From: Octopus vulgaris
Lineage: Eukaryota
Assembly (NCBI GenBank): GCA_951406725.2
Contig: OX597835.1
Location: forward strand, 49,724,001-49,788,000
Reading direction: 5' to 3'
DNA length: 64,000 nucleotides
Shown: piece after piece, positions 1 to 14,943 of the stretch
How positions within the stretch are numbered: position 1 is the stretch's first letter
How the letters are laid out: every line of letters begins with the position of its first letter
Made by a program: the position numbers and the translations under genes
The notes under the pieces: model-generated
What the model was told of the DNA's origin: nothing
Seen by the model: the letters and a program-made list of their open reading frames with translations, nothing else
Database searches by the model: none

Positions 1-257
1 ATTGTTGTTGTTGTGGTGGTGGTAGTGGTGGTGGTTTAACTCTCCATTAGGCAGCCCTTAACAAGTCGAACCATATATTATAACGAGTGTTACAGTTATG
101 ACCAGTTTCTCTTCTTTCAGGCGTAACTTTCCTCCATCGACGAACGCAATTCCACATTCATACATGTATATATGTGCATTACACACACACACACACACAC
201 ACATACATACACTCTCTATCTCTCTCATAGATATATTTGTGCGTATGTGTGTGTATG

Positions 258-316
<59 letters not shown>

Positions 317-749
317 ATATATATATATATGTGCTGTACTTTTGAATGTGAGTATGTATATTTTCACACAAGTACATACACACACACATACAATAAATAC
401 ATTATTGAATTTGTGAAAAATGTTGATTTTCGTGATAGATCGTCACATCAGAGGGAAATATTTCTAGCTTAGTTTTCTATTTGTTTATATTTGTGCATAT
501 TGTGTGTGTGTGTGTGTGTGTGTACACTTCTATTTTGTGTCAGCCATTTTGTGTAGAAAACTCACCGTATGATCAAAGTTGGACGAAGGCAGCTGTGTGA
601 TTGCGTTGGTCAGGAATTATGGGTGGCGTGATCACGTGTGGAATTGAATGACCTCGATAAATTAAAGTGTGTGTGTGTGTGTGTACGCAAAGATATATAG
701 ATACATACAATGCGCACCTATATATGTGTATATAAAGATATATAGTTAA

Positions 750-798
<49 letters not shown>

Positions 799-800
799 CA

Positions 801-835
<35 letters not shown>

Positions 836-1489
836 GTTTGTTTGTGTATTTATGTATACTATAAATAACTAAATATTGTAAATATATATATGTATTCATA
901 AGTATATATAAATATATATATGTATACTATGTATACATATGACTATAAATAAATAAATACATATATAGATACATACACACGCACGCACGCACACACATAT
1001 ATGCATGTGTGTCTGTCGTTCTTTGTACACCTCTTTATTAAGTACCCCTAAGGGATGAGCCATCCTCTTTCATTCCGTCGACTTTGTTTAGATCGGAGAC
1101 AGTCAATGTATATTTAGTTTTGATCGAAGTGTCTATCGATATTCAATGTTGTCATACAATATTGTGTGTGTATCGATGCCTATTCCGTGTTATGTCTGTG
1201 TTTGTAAGTATGAAGCAAGCTCTATGTGGGTTTCTATATTGAATTGAAGGCACAAAAGCAGAACGTATACTGTATATATGTTGCTGTATATGAGTATGGG
1301 AGTATGCATGTATGTATATGTGTGTGTGTGTATATGTATGCATATATATGTGTGTGGGTGCAAACGTACCTAGATGTAAACATATAGCTGCGTATATTTA
1401 TTCATTAACACACTTCTAAAGATGCACACATATTTATGCAAATATATACAAATAGACATGTACACACGTGATAGATATGCGTAAACACA

Positions 1490-1645
1490 ACTGGTATTTG
1501 TGTGTTTACATCCCAGTAACCTGGCAGTTCGGCAAAAGAAACCGATAGAATATGTACTGAAGTCGATTTGTTCGACTTGAGTTTTTCAAGATGATGCCCC
1601 AACATGGGCGCAGTCTTAATGAATGGAACAAAAAAAGATAAAAGA
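1490..1645 (+). mobile_element. tRNA-derived SINE (octopus OR-like family), 3' half
   Basis: gttcggcaaaagaaaccgatagaat...ccaacatgggcgcagtc; homologous to 40985-41140. Confidence 0.7.
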
Positions 1646-2128
1646 CACACGTAAGCATATATGACCATATAAGTAGAATCAGCGGAGTGTGTGTGTATGT
1701 ATGTGTGTATGTGTGCGTGTGTGTGTGTGTGTAGCGCTGTGTATATGCATCTGTGTGTGTGTTTATCGAAGTGTGTGAATGTATTCCTTTAATTTTGTTA
1801 TTGATTTCTGTCATTAAACAACGGCCATGCTGGAACTCCACCTCTAATCGTATTGTAGTAAATAACGGTATAGATTTAGGTTAATTTCTTATTGTATCGA
1901 TCTCTGTTTATCAAACGGTTATGTTAAGCGGCATTAAGAGATGCAATGCAAACAACGATACTGGGATTTTTACCGGTTCTCTAATATGGAGAGAGACACC
2001 GGCGCAAATACGCGCTCACTACTTAACATCAAAGCATCCGAACAATCGAAAGTTCTTTTGAGTCTGTGAATCTCTAAGTAATGCGGATCCAAGTCACTAT
2101 CTTTTACTGCAGGCACACACAGATGCGA

Positions 2129-2196
<68 letters not shown>

Positions 2197-2197
<1 letters not shown>

Positions 2198-2335
2198 GGG
2201 AGAGTTTACGAAAAAAAAAACAAAAGACGAAGACAGGTGGTGTACAAAACAAACAGATGTATTAGTATAACGCTCAGGAATAGAAAAAGTCTTTTACGTT
2301 TCGAGCCTTCGCTCTTCAACAGAAAGGGACACAGT
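2197..2335 (-). mobile_element. Penelope-like 3' terminal fragment abutting (TA)n
   Basis: The reverse complement is homologous to 14445-14587 (ctaatacatctgtttg...caccacctgtcttcgtcttttg...ctccct). It carries CTGTTGAA-GAGC/GCTC-GAAACGT and ends in (TA)n. Confidence 0.55.
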
Positions 2336-2436
2336 CTGTAGTGGATAACGATCTATCATGGCTTGTGCAGATTTTTCTCTACAGGAAAGTTCTCATAACA
2401 TCAATATCGAAATTATAACTGAAGATACTAGACCAA

Positions 2437-2646
2437 GGCGGCTTGTAGCAGGATCCGGTGAGTCGAACAAAATGCTTAACGACATTTCTTCCAGCATTTT
2501 ACGTTCTCAGTTTAAATACAGGCGATGTCATCTTTGCCTTTCATTCTTTCGGGGACGGTGAAATAAGTACCAGTTGTGTACTGGGGTCATGTAATCGACT
2601 CATACCCTCCCTACAAATTCCAGGCCTTGTGCCTATAATAGAAAAG

Positions 2647-2647
<1 letters not shown>
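2437..2647 (+). mobile_element. tRNA-derived SINE (MetaSINE-like central domain)
   Basis: Degenerate head, then tttgcctttcattctttcgggg...aaataagtaccagttg...gtaatcgact...ggccttgtgcc; followed by (TTA)n. Confidence 0.7.
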
Positions 2648-2700
<53 letters not shown>

Positions 2701-2737
2701 GTTATTATTATTACCACTAAGCAGTCTTATTATTATA

Positions 2738-3000
2738 ATGTGCTTTCACTGCACTACTGAGCGCAGCTCTGAGTGCCTTGGGTACATGCTGTGGGTACAT
2801 GCTGTGCTCTTGCTTTCACTGTATTGAATGTGTTTTAAGTAGGATGTACGCAATACCAAGAAATGCTATTTTCTGCATGCTCTACACATTCGTAAGTCCT
2901 GGTGTTGTGGTTAAGTTTTTGTCCGAATGTTTTTTTTTAATCATACCTAAGGCACCTATTATTATAAGGGTTGTTTCAGTTTTTAGGTATCCACATTCGG
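2738..3000 (-). mobile_element. R4/Dong-type non-LTR retrotransposon, 3' fragment
   Basis: The - strand reads LKTETTLIIIGALGMIKK...MQKIAFLGIAYILLKTHSIQ*; flanked by (TTA)n; 3' UTR shared with 55680-55830. Confidence 0.75.
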
Positions 3001-3053
3001 GTTATATTATTATTATTATTATTGTTGTTGCTGCTGCTGCTGTTGTTGCTGCT

Positions 3054-3087
<34 letters not shown>

Positions 3088-3289
3088 CTGTTGTTGTTGT
3101 CGTTGTTATTTAACGTTTTGTGTTCAATTCATTCCATGGGCAACGCGCCTTTCATCCTTCGTGGGTTGATAAAATAAAGTACCCATGTCTTGGTATTGGT
3201 ATCGATTATATCGATGATGCCTGCAACTTAGCTCTGAGGATACACCTCCACCACCTCCGCCTCGTGGAAGATGCGAGCACCTGCAAAGC

Positions 3290-3335
<46 letters not shown>

Positions 3336-3756
3336 GTGGTGGTGGTGTTGTTCTTGGTCTGACATATGAGATCAATGTTGTCAATCCGGGCAGAGATTAT
3401 GTGACAGTCGACTGTCAGATTCCTCCAAATATCTGGTGCACTCAGAGAGAGTGAAGGAAGGAGAGAGAGAGAGAGGGAGGGAGAGAGAGAGAGAGCGACA
3501 GGCAGGCAGACAGACAGACCGACAGAGAAAATACATAGTAACATATGACTTTATATATGCTTGTATGTGTGTGTGCTTATGTATGCGTATACATAGATGT
3601 ATGTATGTGTATATAGGCATGTATGTATATATATATATGTTCTCAAATATAGTTATATATGTGTGTGTGTGTGTGTAAATATGTATACGCACACATATTT
3701 AACATATATGCATACATATATTTATATATATACATACTTGTAAATGGATACGTATG

Positions 3757-3795
<39 letters not shown>

Positions 3796-4407
3796 TGGGT
3801 ATTTACACATACGCGTACATATACGTACACGACAGCAACCATCACTCATTGTTGTATTATATTATGTTCTAATATTTATTGACATAGACTTAGCCAGATA
3901 TAAACACGTGCGCACACACACACACACAACTCTCCGCAACATCACATAACACAACCAGCTTTGTAGTTTAAAGGGTTCATAGATTGCGTGTCATCTGTGC
4001 ACATCTAACTCAACAGCAGATCAACGATGTAAGCGACTTAATGTTAACTAACAGCCTTTTAACGTTAACCTGATGTTCCTGGTTCAAACCTTGCTTCTAG
4101 TACTATGGAAGATTAGTGTGACCCTACTGTAGATTTTTCTCCCATCGATTCTACGTGGAATTCTAGTTCGTAGTCTACTAATGGACACAGGTTACTTTTT
4201 CCTGTTCTTCTGATAAGGTACTGGATGTGCAGACCTATGTATGCTCAAACGCAGTCCATACTTGGCCATCACGCCTTATCAGGGATCTATAGGACTACAT
4301 TTCGCTATTTCAGACGATACAGTGTAAGGAGATAAGGGAAATTTGACTGCTATTTCTAACCCTGTCTCTTGACCTAATTTGGCACTTGATATCGTAGTAA
4401 TAGCAGT

Positions 4408-4488
<81 letters not shown>

Positions 4489-4529
4489 TGGTGGTGGTGG
4501 TGGTGGTGGTGGTGGTGGTGGTGATGCTA

Positions 4530-4620
4530 CTGCAGTGGGGTAAGTTTGCTTCCCAACCACATGGTTGCGGGTTCGGTCCTACTGCGTGGCACCTTGGGCA
4601 AATATCTTTCTATACATTCT
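4530..4620 (+). mobile_element. OR-like SINE, 5' part
   Basis: ttgcttcccaaccacatggttgcgggttcggtcc...gcaccttgggcaaa (B-box-like motif); matches the copies at 27649 and 40750. Confidence 0.7.
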
Positions 4621-4859
4621 CAGGCTAAGTTACGGCTATGTCAACCTAGCAATTTATCAAACGACATGTTTTGCTCTAGAAAACAATGTAGTGTCTGGTC
4701 TGGAAATCAAAACCACGACTCTTGCAACCGCGTGCCACACTCTAAACCCTAGGCCACGGGCCTTTTCACACTCTTCTACGGCAGTTGATAATATAGATAC
4801 CAGTAATTTAATGGGATTCCTCGATTCAGATAAACTTCTTTCTTCCTCATATAAGAAAT

Positions 4860-5376
4860 CCTCTTTCGGTGTATTTCGTCTGTCTTTACAGTCTCAGTTC
4901 ACATTCTGCCGAGGTTCATTTTGCTTTTCATCCTTTCGGGGTCGATGAAAACAGTAGCAGTTGAGAAATGGGGCCGTTATAATCGACTTAACCCCTTCCC
5001 CGAATTACTGGCCTTGAGCTGAAAATGTGGATCCAGAGGTTCAAGAGATTTGGTGGAGCGGCATGAAAAGGCCTTGTGTAGTGTTTAATTGTGTTCCTTT
5101 GAGCCCTCTGGAAACGATTACACAGAACTATATAAATATGGTGGGGGTGCAATTTAGTGAACTTCAAATCCTAGGCCCCGCGCTGAAGCCAGGGATCTTT
5201 ACGGCGATTACTGTTGCAGCGTTTAGTTATGGTTCTTTGTGTTCTAAGTTCAAATTCTCCTGAGGTCGAGTTTGCCTTTCATCCTTTCGGTGTCAATAAA
5301 ATAAGTACCAGTTGAGCACTGGGGTGGATGTAATCGACTTACCCGCTCCCCAGAAGTTGCTGCCCTTGTGGCAAAA

Positions 5377-5407
<31 letters not shown>

Positions 5408-5438
5408 AAGAAGAAGAAGAATGATAATAATAATAATA

Positions 5439-5483
<45 letters not shown>

Positions 5484-5502
5484 GTTGTTGTTGTTGTTAT
5501 TG

Positions 5503-5554
<52 letters not shown>

Positions 5555-5722
5555 GGCTTCTAGCTGTCAGAATCGTTTCTTTCTCAGTTCAAATTCTCCC
5601 GAGGCCGACTTTGCCTTTCATCCTTTCGGGATCGATAAGATAAGTACCAGTTGTGCAACTGGGGAGGATGTAATCGACTTATCCCAAACCCAAAGTTGCT
5701 GGCCTTGTGCCAAAATTTGAAG
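4860..5722 (+). mobile_element. Three MetaSINE-like copies (about 4860-5025, 5235-5378, 5565-5722)
   Basis: Repeated gttcaaattc...ttgcctttcatcctttcgg..tcgataa..aagtaccagttg...taatcgactta, separated by microsatellites. Confidence 0.75.
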
Positions 5723-6084
5723 CCATTTTTATTATTATGAAAGAATGGCAGAAAGTGCGAGAAAACAACAACAACAACAACAAACTTATTTCAATACAAG
5801 AAATATCGACTTTATTGATTAGCTTTGTTTATTGTATTTTGTTTCCTAACGGCAACATGAACCCACTTCCTCTTCCTCCTCTTTACATCCATCTTGCATT
5901 TTCCTCCTAGATTTTCTCCTACTTTTTTTTATTGTTGCTTTATCTTTCTTCACCCTTTTTTTTATTTTTTCCTTTTTCTTTTCTTTTTTGCTGATATTTT
6001 TAAATGTTTCGTTTCTGGATTTCGTTTGCAACATTCATTTAAATGTTGGATTTCGAAGTTTCAAAAAAGCTTGTCTCCGATTCT

Positions 6085-6105
6085 TTATCATTATTATTAT
6101 TATTA

Positions 6106-6160
<55 letters not shown>

Positions 6161-6309
6161 CATTATTATTATTATTATTATTATTATCATTATTATTATT
6201 ATTATTATCATTATTATTATTATTATTATTATTATTTTTATCATTATTATTATTATTATTATTATTATCATTATTATTAGTAGTAGTAGTAGTAGTAGTA
6301 GTATTATTA

Positions 6310-6352
<43 letters not shown>

Positions 6353-6442
6353 TTATTATTATTATTATTATAATTATTATTATTATAATTATTATTATTA
6401 TCATTATTATTATTATTATTATTATCATTATTATTATTATTA

Positions 6443-6495
<53 letters not shown>

Positions 6496-6517
6496 TTTAT
6501 TTATTATTATTATTATT

Positions 6518-6557
<40 letters not shown>

Positions 6558-6570
6558 CTGTTATTATTAT
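6085..6570. repeat. (ATT)n/(ATC)n microsatellite
   Basis: Direct inspection. Confidence 0.95.
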
Positions 6571-6711
6571 CATACGTATTTTTACGGAGAAAAGATGGTG
6601 GCTGGGTTGGAAATTTTCTCTTCACCGTTCTGTGCGTGTAATGCTTTCGTTGCAGTTTGTTTTCTTTGGGGTTATGCGTTGGTGCGTATGTCAATGTGTT
6701 TATGTGTAAGT

Positions 6712-6750
<39 letters not shown>

Positions 6751-7109
6751 GGTGTGTGAAGCACATGGAGTTTTCGTTGGTATCTGCAAATATGTATGCT
6801 ACGATGTCATCTCTTATGTTTCGTTGCTCGTCAGTCTGCTGCGGGATTGCGTGTCTGTGTGAAACGTGGAAGTATATGAAATTCTTGACTTGTATATCTT
6901 CATCACTCGCTCTTCAATAGAAGCATGTGTACATATACATGTGTATCTATTTGTAATTTTCCATATATGGTGTGTGAAAGGGTATATATGTACTTATGTA
7001 CGGTTATATAACTATGCTTGGGAATGTATGCGTGCATACATGTGAGCGTATGTCCTTTCTTATTTACTTTTTATGTATTCATGTAGTCATACATGTACAC
7101 AGAGACATC

Positions 7110-7152
<43 letters not shown>

Positions 7153-7274
7153 CCACATGTATATGCCCATACATTCACATATATTTATAAATATTTACTT
7201 ACATACACTTACACACACATATATTTCCATATCGCAAAATGACATCATAAAATACACACTCACACACAAATATG

Positions 7275-7340
<66 letters not shown>

Positions 7341-7847
7341 ATATATAATCGACCGCACATACTCAATGTATGCGTTTTGCTTTTTCGACGACGGTTCACT
7401 GCCCTACAACGCTTTCGGGACGACTCTCTCATAGCGCTGGATGTCAAAAACACTTGGAGGTACATAGACAAGCGAGCTTGCTGGTTTCCAGTCCTTTCCA
7501 GGAATGATGGATACCGATATTTCGCCATATTTTGTGGTTTATCAACATCACGTACCTGAATCGTACCTGGGACGTGCTGAATGGCAAGTCTACGTCTATA
7601 TACGGATAGTGTAAAAACCATCTGTTGGCATGCCACGACGATGCCTATCAAATTTCGTTAAATTGTTGACCAATCCAATTTCGGTATATTTCCGAATATT
7701 TCTGCTTGTGTCATTTTACGCTACTCGCATCTTTAAACATTTGAACAAACTTACCAGTGAAATTTAGACTGACGCTTATTAAAGTTTCAGCTTCTAACAA
7801 CTTATATGTGTTTGTGTGCCTGTGTGTTCATAGTACAACCGCATGTA

Positions 7848-7896
<49 letters not shown>

Positions 7897-8398
7897 CGTA
7901 TCTATACATACACACGTGTGTGTTTGTGTGTGTGTAACTGACAGTAGTTATACATATATCAACCGTACTCAGTCATCACAACCACAACTTCCAGTACCAC
8001 CACTCCACTACAACCAAAACCACAAGGAGTGCCGCCGCCATCACCACTATCGCCGAACTCACCCAGCCGCCATAAGCTCCGTCGCCATTAGTAAATCTTA
8101 ACAAAGAATTAGCTGGATCTCCAGAGACTGCTTCCTTAATAACCCAATTCTGTTGGCAGAGACGGACGTCAACTCTTCAAAGATGCCACACGACCATTCT
8201 AGTCTTCGAGATGTTCTTTAGCTTCTTGTAGAACTTGTTACTCTCACTCTCCCCTTCCTCCCAATCCCGCTTCTTTCTCTTTCTTCTTTTCCTTTTCTTT
8301 ATCGTCATCGTTTACTTCCTTCCTTTTTCTCCTCCTCTTTTTTCTTCTATACCTTCACTCCTTCTTTTGTACCTTCTCCATTGCCCATCTTCTCACTC

Positions 8399-8493
8399 TT
8401 TCTTCTTCTTCTTCTTCTTCTTCTTCTTCTTCTTCTTCTTCTTCTTCTTCTTCTTCTTCTTCTTCTTCTTCTTCTTCTTCTTCTTCTTCTTCT
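8399..8493. repeat. (TTC)n microsatellite
   Basis: About 31 perfect units. Confidence 0.95.
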
Positions 8494-9015
8494 TTGCTAC
8501 ACGCAAGCGTACACACAGAGACACACACACACATATCCAGATGCATACATTTATAACTATATATATATGTGTGTGTGTGTATGTATATGTATATATATAT
8601 ATATATATATATCACACGTCTAGTCAATCACACCTGACCTTCCTTAAACAACGTAATACAATATAGACAACAGAACGCGGTAACAGCACAGCCCTACACA
8701 CGACGTAGCAAACTACACACAACAACACAGGCCTCTCTTATACACGGCAATGTTCTCATTACCCATCCCACATATTAAAGTGTGTGTGTAGATATAGGTA
8801 TGTATGTATATGTGTGTATATATATATATATATAAATATGCTTGTATATGTATGTCACAGATATGTGTATACGAATATATTTACATATATACATTCGAGT
8901 CTATATATATATGTGTGTGTATGTTTGTGTATGTGTACAAAATGATATGCATTTATACATATACACACATATGCGTATGTATGTATGTAAATGTATGTTC
9001 ACATGTGTGAACATA

Positions 9016-9072
<57 letters not shown>

Positions 9073-9241
9073 GCCTACATGCATACAGATACATACGCAC
9101 GTTCATACACACACTAAACAACCAACCACCATCCCCAGCACCAACCACCTAACCTGCCTTTGCTCACTGAAACATTGTTTTTCTCCTTTTAATCTTTTAT
9201 TCTTTCATTTATTATTATCATTATCATCATTATTATTGTTA

Positions 9242-9304
<63 letters not shown>

Positions 9305-9675
9305 GCTTTCTAAACCCATATCTTGGCAAAAGTCGGCTGCCAGTTCTCACCAGTTCTCGCCAGTTCTCGGTAGTTCTCGTCACATTTGCCATTCGCTTCC
9401 ATTATTAATGAGAGTTTCACTGAAGACAAACTAAACGGCTGATGAAATGTCAAAATCACTCAACTGATCTTCAACACAGATAGTAACACACAATCGAATT
9501 AAAGCGGGAATTGTTGGGAGCGGTCGGGAGCGGTCGGTCGGTTGGTTGGTTGGTTGACTCAAGAGGGTGGGAGGCGCGGGGTAAGCGGTGGATGGATGTT
9601 GGTGGTGGTGGTTCTAGAGTGGATGGAGGGGGAGGAAGTTCTAAAAGTTAGAAAAAAAAATAAACAAACCAGATA

Positions 9676-9720
<45 letters not shown>

Positions 9721-10197
9721 CATACGTGTGTGTGTGTGTGCTTGCAGATGGAAAATTAAATGGATGAATCAATATATATGTGCGTGTATATATGTGTATG
9801 CATGCATACATATATGTGTGTGTGTGAGTGTGTATGTACATATATATATATATGTATATGTACATACATATGTGTGTATGTGTGTGTGTTTATTATATAG
9901 TTATATGTGTGTGTGTTTATATTATTTTATACTATATTATATCGTATTGTATAATATTTTTATTGAAAACAGTTTGACTCGATTCCATGCCACTTAAAGC
10001 TTCATAAGCTTCTTTGGGAAACCAGGTTCAATAGGGCTCAGATCTGAGCCTGAATGAGCGAGGTTCCTGCAAGCAGAAGCCTGCGAAACTTTCAGTGACA
10101 TAGAGCCGAATCAAAATGTTTTAAATAACAATATATGCAATTTCACTTCATTTCATTTATCCACTCACTCGTATATATATATATATGTATGTATGTT

Positions 10198-10325
<128 letters not shown>

Positions 10326-10443
10326 GATATACACCGCACATATGTAAGTATATATATTCATATACACACACATGTATTGTATGCATACATATTGCATCTA
10401 TCTATATATTTATCTATTTCTTTATACATATATGCATATACAT

Positions 10444-10482
<39 letters not shown>

Positions 10483-10724
10483 CATTCATATTCATGTATA
10501 TAGGCAATTTAAAATAATTCATGCGCGTGCGTCCGCGCGCTTTATTACTGAGAGTGATTAAGTCATAGAAAGAAAGATAGTTTGACCTCTGAGAATAACG
10601 ACCTCAAAGCAAGAAACCCTTGATTGTTTTTATGCTCAATTCATGGGTACAACAAAGATTGCTTTGTTTCAATATAAGCACATATATGTGAATAGTGTGA
10701 ACGTGTGAGTGTGCGTATATGTCC

Positions 10725-10765
<41 letters not shown>

Positions 10766-11171
10766 CATTGATATGCGTGTGTGTGTGATTTGAGAATTGT
10801 TGGCTCCCAAAAGAAGAGCTTATATTCTGTCTTCCATGATCATTTCGTTATCATTTCTAAATACCTCGTTCGTTTGGGACTTCTTTTTGCTGATGATCAC
10901 AAGATGATGAAGAGGAAGAGGAAGATGAGGGGAGGATGAGAATCATCATCATCATCATCGTCATCATCATATTCACGATGGTATCGAGAATGGTGATGGC
11001 GACGACAACAGTGGCGATAATTATGACATTTCTTAGGTGTGAAATGGTATAATATACCAAAATATATTCTTGATTGATCTTGTCGTTGTTGTTGTCACTA
11101 TTTCTAATCCCCGATACGATATCAAAACGACAGCCCGGATGTATAGGGGCTAAAGATAGCGAAGTCGGTGT

Positions 11172-11622
<451 letters not shown>

Positions 11623-12239
11623 GTACCATAAACTGAAACATATTGTGAAATTAGTGTTCAGTAACACAAGGTAGAGAAAAATTTACAGGGTGAATATTTT
11701 GCTACTTAAAGTTTCACCCGAGGAATAGCATGATAATACACAGGAATATATGTTTGTATACGCATATGTATGATTGTATATACGTGGAGGGATTGCATGT
11801 GTGTGTGTAGTAAATAGATACACACACATGTGACCCACGTGGCATATCTCTAATCGTCCAAACAAAGTATTTAATCACTGAAAGTGCTCTATTACTAATT
11901 AGAAATTAATAAGAGCTATGACCAATGTCTCTGTGGATTCAAATAAACGTTAAGAATGAATATCTAATGCACACACACATACATATATGTGCGTGTGTGT
12001 GTGTGTGTGTTATTTATATATATTTACACACACATGTATATATACATAACCATTTTTCTTATTGTTTAGCTACCAAATAATTCATTTATGCTAATCAACC
12101 CGTGTGTGTGAGTGTGTGTGTGTGTGTGTTTCACATAGACATATGAAATTTGTCAGAAAAAACGGGTAGACACACTGAGCCACCCATACATATATGTATG
12201 TGTGTATATACATACATATGTGTATGTTTGCGTTTGTAT

Positions 12240-12270
<31 letters not shown>

Positions 12271-12736
12271 CGCGCTTTTATGTGTATGTATCAAAAAGCA
12301 CATGGATAAAACAGAGATAGATTCACGATGACAGAATTTGAGGAATAAGGATAAAGAAACACATCGTTACCTATAGGGACGAACAGACAGACAGGCAACC
12401 CGGAAGACAGACAGACAGACAGGCAGGCATGCAGGCTGGTAGGCAGGCACGTAAGCACACGCAAGCACGCAGGCGTGCTGGCAGGCGGGCAAGTATGCGA
12501 GGGCTATCCAGGCAGAGAAGTTATGAAGAATATTCTCACCAAACCGAAGATCGCCACAGGAATCAACGTCGGGTAGATAGCATCGTTGCGATGATTAGAT
12601 TTTCTCATTGAGACACCTGCGACATGCCTCCACACCAGCGCCACCACTGCCGCCACTCGTGCCACCGCTGCAACCACCATCACTGCTACCACCAACACTG
12701 CTATTACTATTACTACTGCCAATACAGCTATTGCTG

Positions 12737-12773
<37 letters not shown>

Positions 12774-13318
12774 GACTACTACTATTACTACTACAACAAC
12801 AACTACTACTACTACTACAACAACTACTACTGCTGCTGCTACTACAACAGGAGCTGCTGCTACTGCTCCTCATTTTCATCCTCTCCCTCCTACTACTCTA
12901 CTATTGCTACTACTCCTTATCGTTCTCTTCCGCCTCCTCCTCATCCTACTACTACTACTACCACTACAACTACTAAACTTATCATTATCACCAGCATCAC
13001 CATTAACTACTCATACCACCACCACCACTCTCACCATTGCCATCGCTGCTACTTACCACCCCCCCCCCCCCACGCACACACCCACTACAACGAGAATTAT
13101 TAATACTACCAAAAAACCGGTCTCATTCAAATAATCCCGCCATCACCGACAACAGCATCTCCGCCACCACTGACTCTCATCAGTGGGTGTGTTCGTGTGT
13201 ACATATGTATTTGTATGTATGTATATATATATATAGAGAGAGAGACAGAGACAGAGAGAGAGACAGAGAGAGACAAATAGATAAGTATCGAGATAGATAT
13301 ATGTATGCATATAATACA

Positions 13319-13349
<31 letters not shown>

Positions 13350-13449
13350 TTATAAGTATATGCATATATGTATATACATTCACAAGCACAAACATGTACA
13401 TACGTTTATGTGTGTGTATATATGAATAAGTCGGTGTACGTATACATAC

Positions 13450-13526
<77 letters not shown>

Positions 13527-13799
13527 TATACAGATATTTTGTAGTGTGCGTGCGTACGGGGTGGGTGTTGATTTTAGATTGTTCTTTAGACAAAAGAGTC
13601 TAAATAGGTAAATGGGGGTGGGAAGAGGAGTGTAGAAGAGATAAAAGTCTGGATTGAAACGAGACGAGACGACGAGAGCCGTGAAATGACAGATCTCCAT
13701 TTGCACAAGATGGTGATAGACGGCACTAAATAGCGACGATGTGCCCGCTAATTTAGATGTCTGCTTGGCATCTATATACACACCTACATGCACACGCAT

Positions 13800-14255
<456 letters not shown>

Positions 14256-14424
14256 ACGCACGGTTTGGTTTACTTATAGAAAGTCTCGTCAACGACATCT
14301 CGTTTTTATTCTTGTTTGTATGGGTTTTGCACGTTTTTTTTTCGATGAATAAATGATTACAATGACACCATTTTGAAATATGTTTTCTAGCCCCATTATA
14401 TATCGATAGCCACTACACATTCTT

Positions 14425-14587
14425 TATTGTGTCTCCTTGTTTCTTTCTGTGTTCCTCTCTGTGGAAGAGCGTAGACTCGAAACGTTAAAGACTTTTTCAC
14501 TTCCCGAGCGTTAAACTAATACATCTGTTTGCTGTCTACACCACCTGTCTTCGTCTTTTGCTTTTTTTGTGTGTGTGAATTCTCCCT
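14425..14587 (+). mobile_element. Penelope-like 3' terminal fragment, same family as 2197-2335
   Basis: Direct sequence similarity to the 2197-2335 copy; ends ...ctccct(AT)n. Confidence 0.55.
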
Positions 14588-14755
14588 ATATATATATATA
14601 ATACAAAATGGGACAACAAAACATCCAGAAAGACAATACAAAGAAAACAAGGACAGGTCATTCGTAGTTTTCTTTCCTCAGTCGAGTACCAGATTATCTT
14701 CGCAATATATATATATATAAATATATATAATGCGGCTAGAAAACACACACGCACA

Positions 14756-14822
<67 letters not shown>

Positions 14823-14906
14823 TGATAACTATCGTAATATTTTGATTTGTACCTGGTGGTGATACACATATATATATATACGCATATATATATATATACA
14901 TATGCG

Positions 14907-14943
<37 letters not shown>

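Noticed and set aside
7350-7660. 150-aa - strand ORF in a unique-looking stretch
   Set aside because: Non-ATG start, ends in a microsatellite and has no recognisable homology.
9339-9378. CCAGTTCTC-type 9-mer four times; also TTGTACCCG three times at 30101
   Set aside because: Ordinary short tandem repeats with no spacers, so not CRISPR-like.
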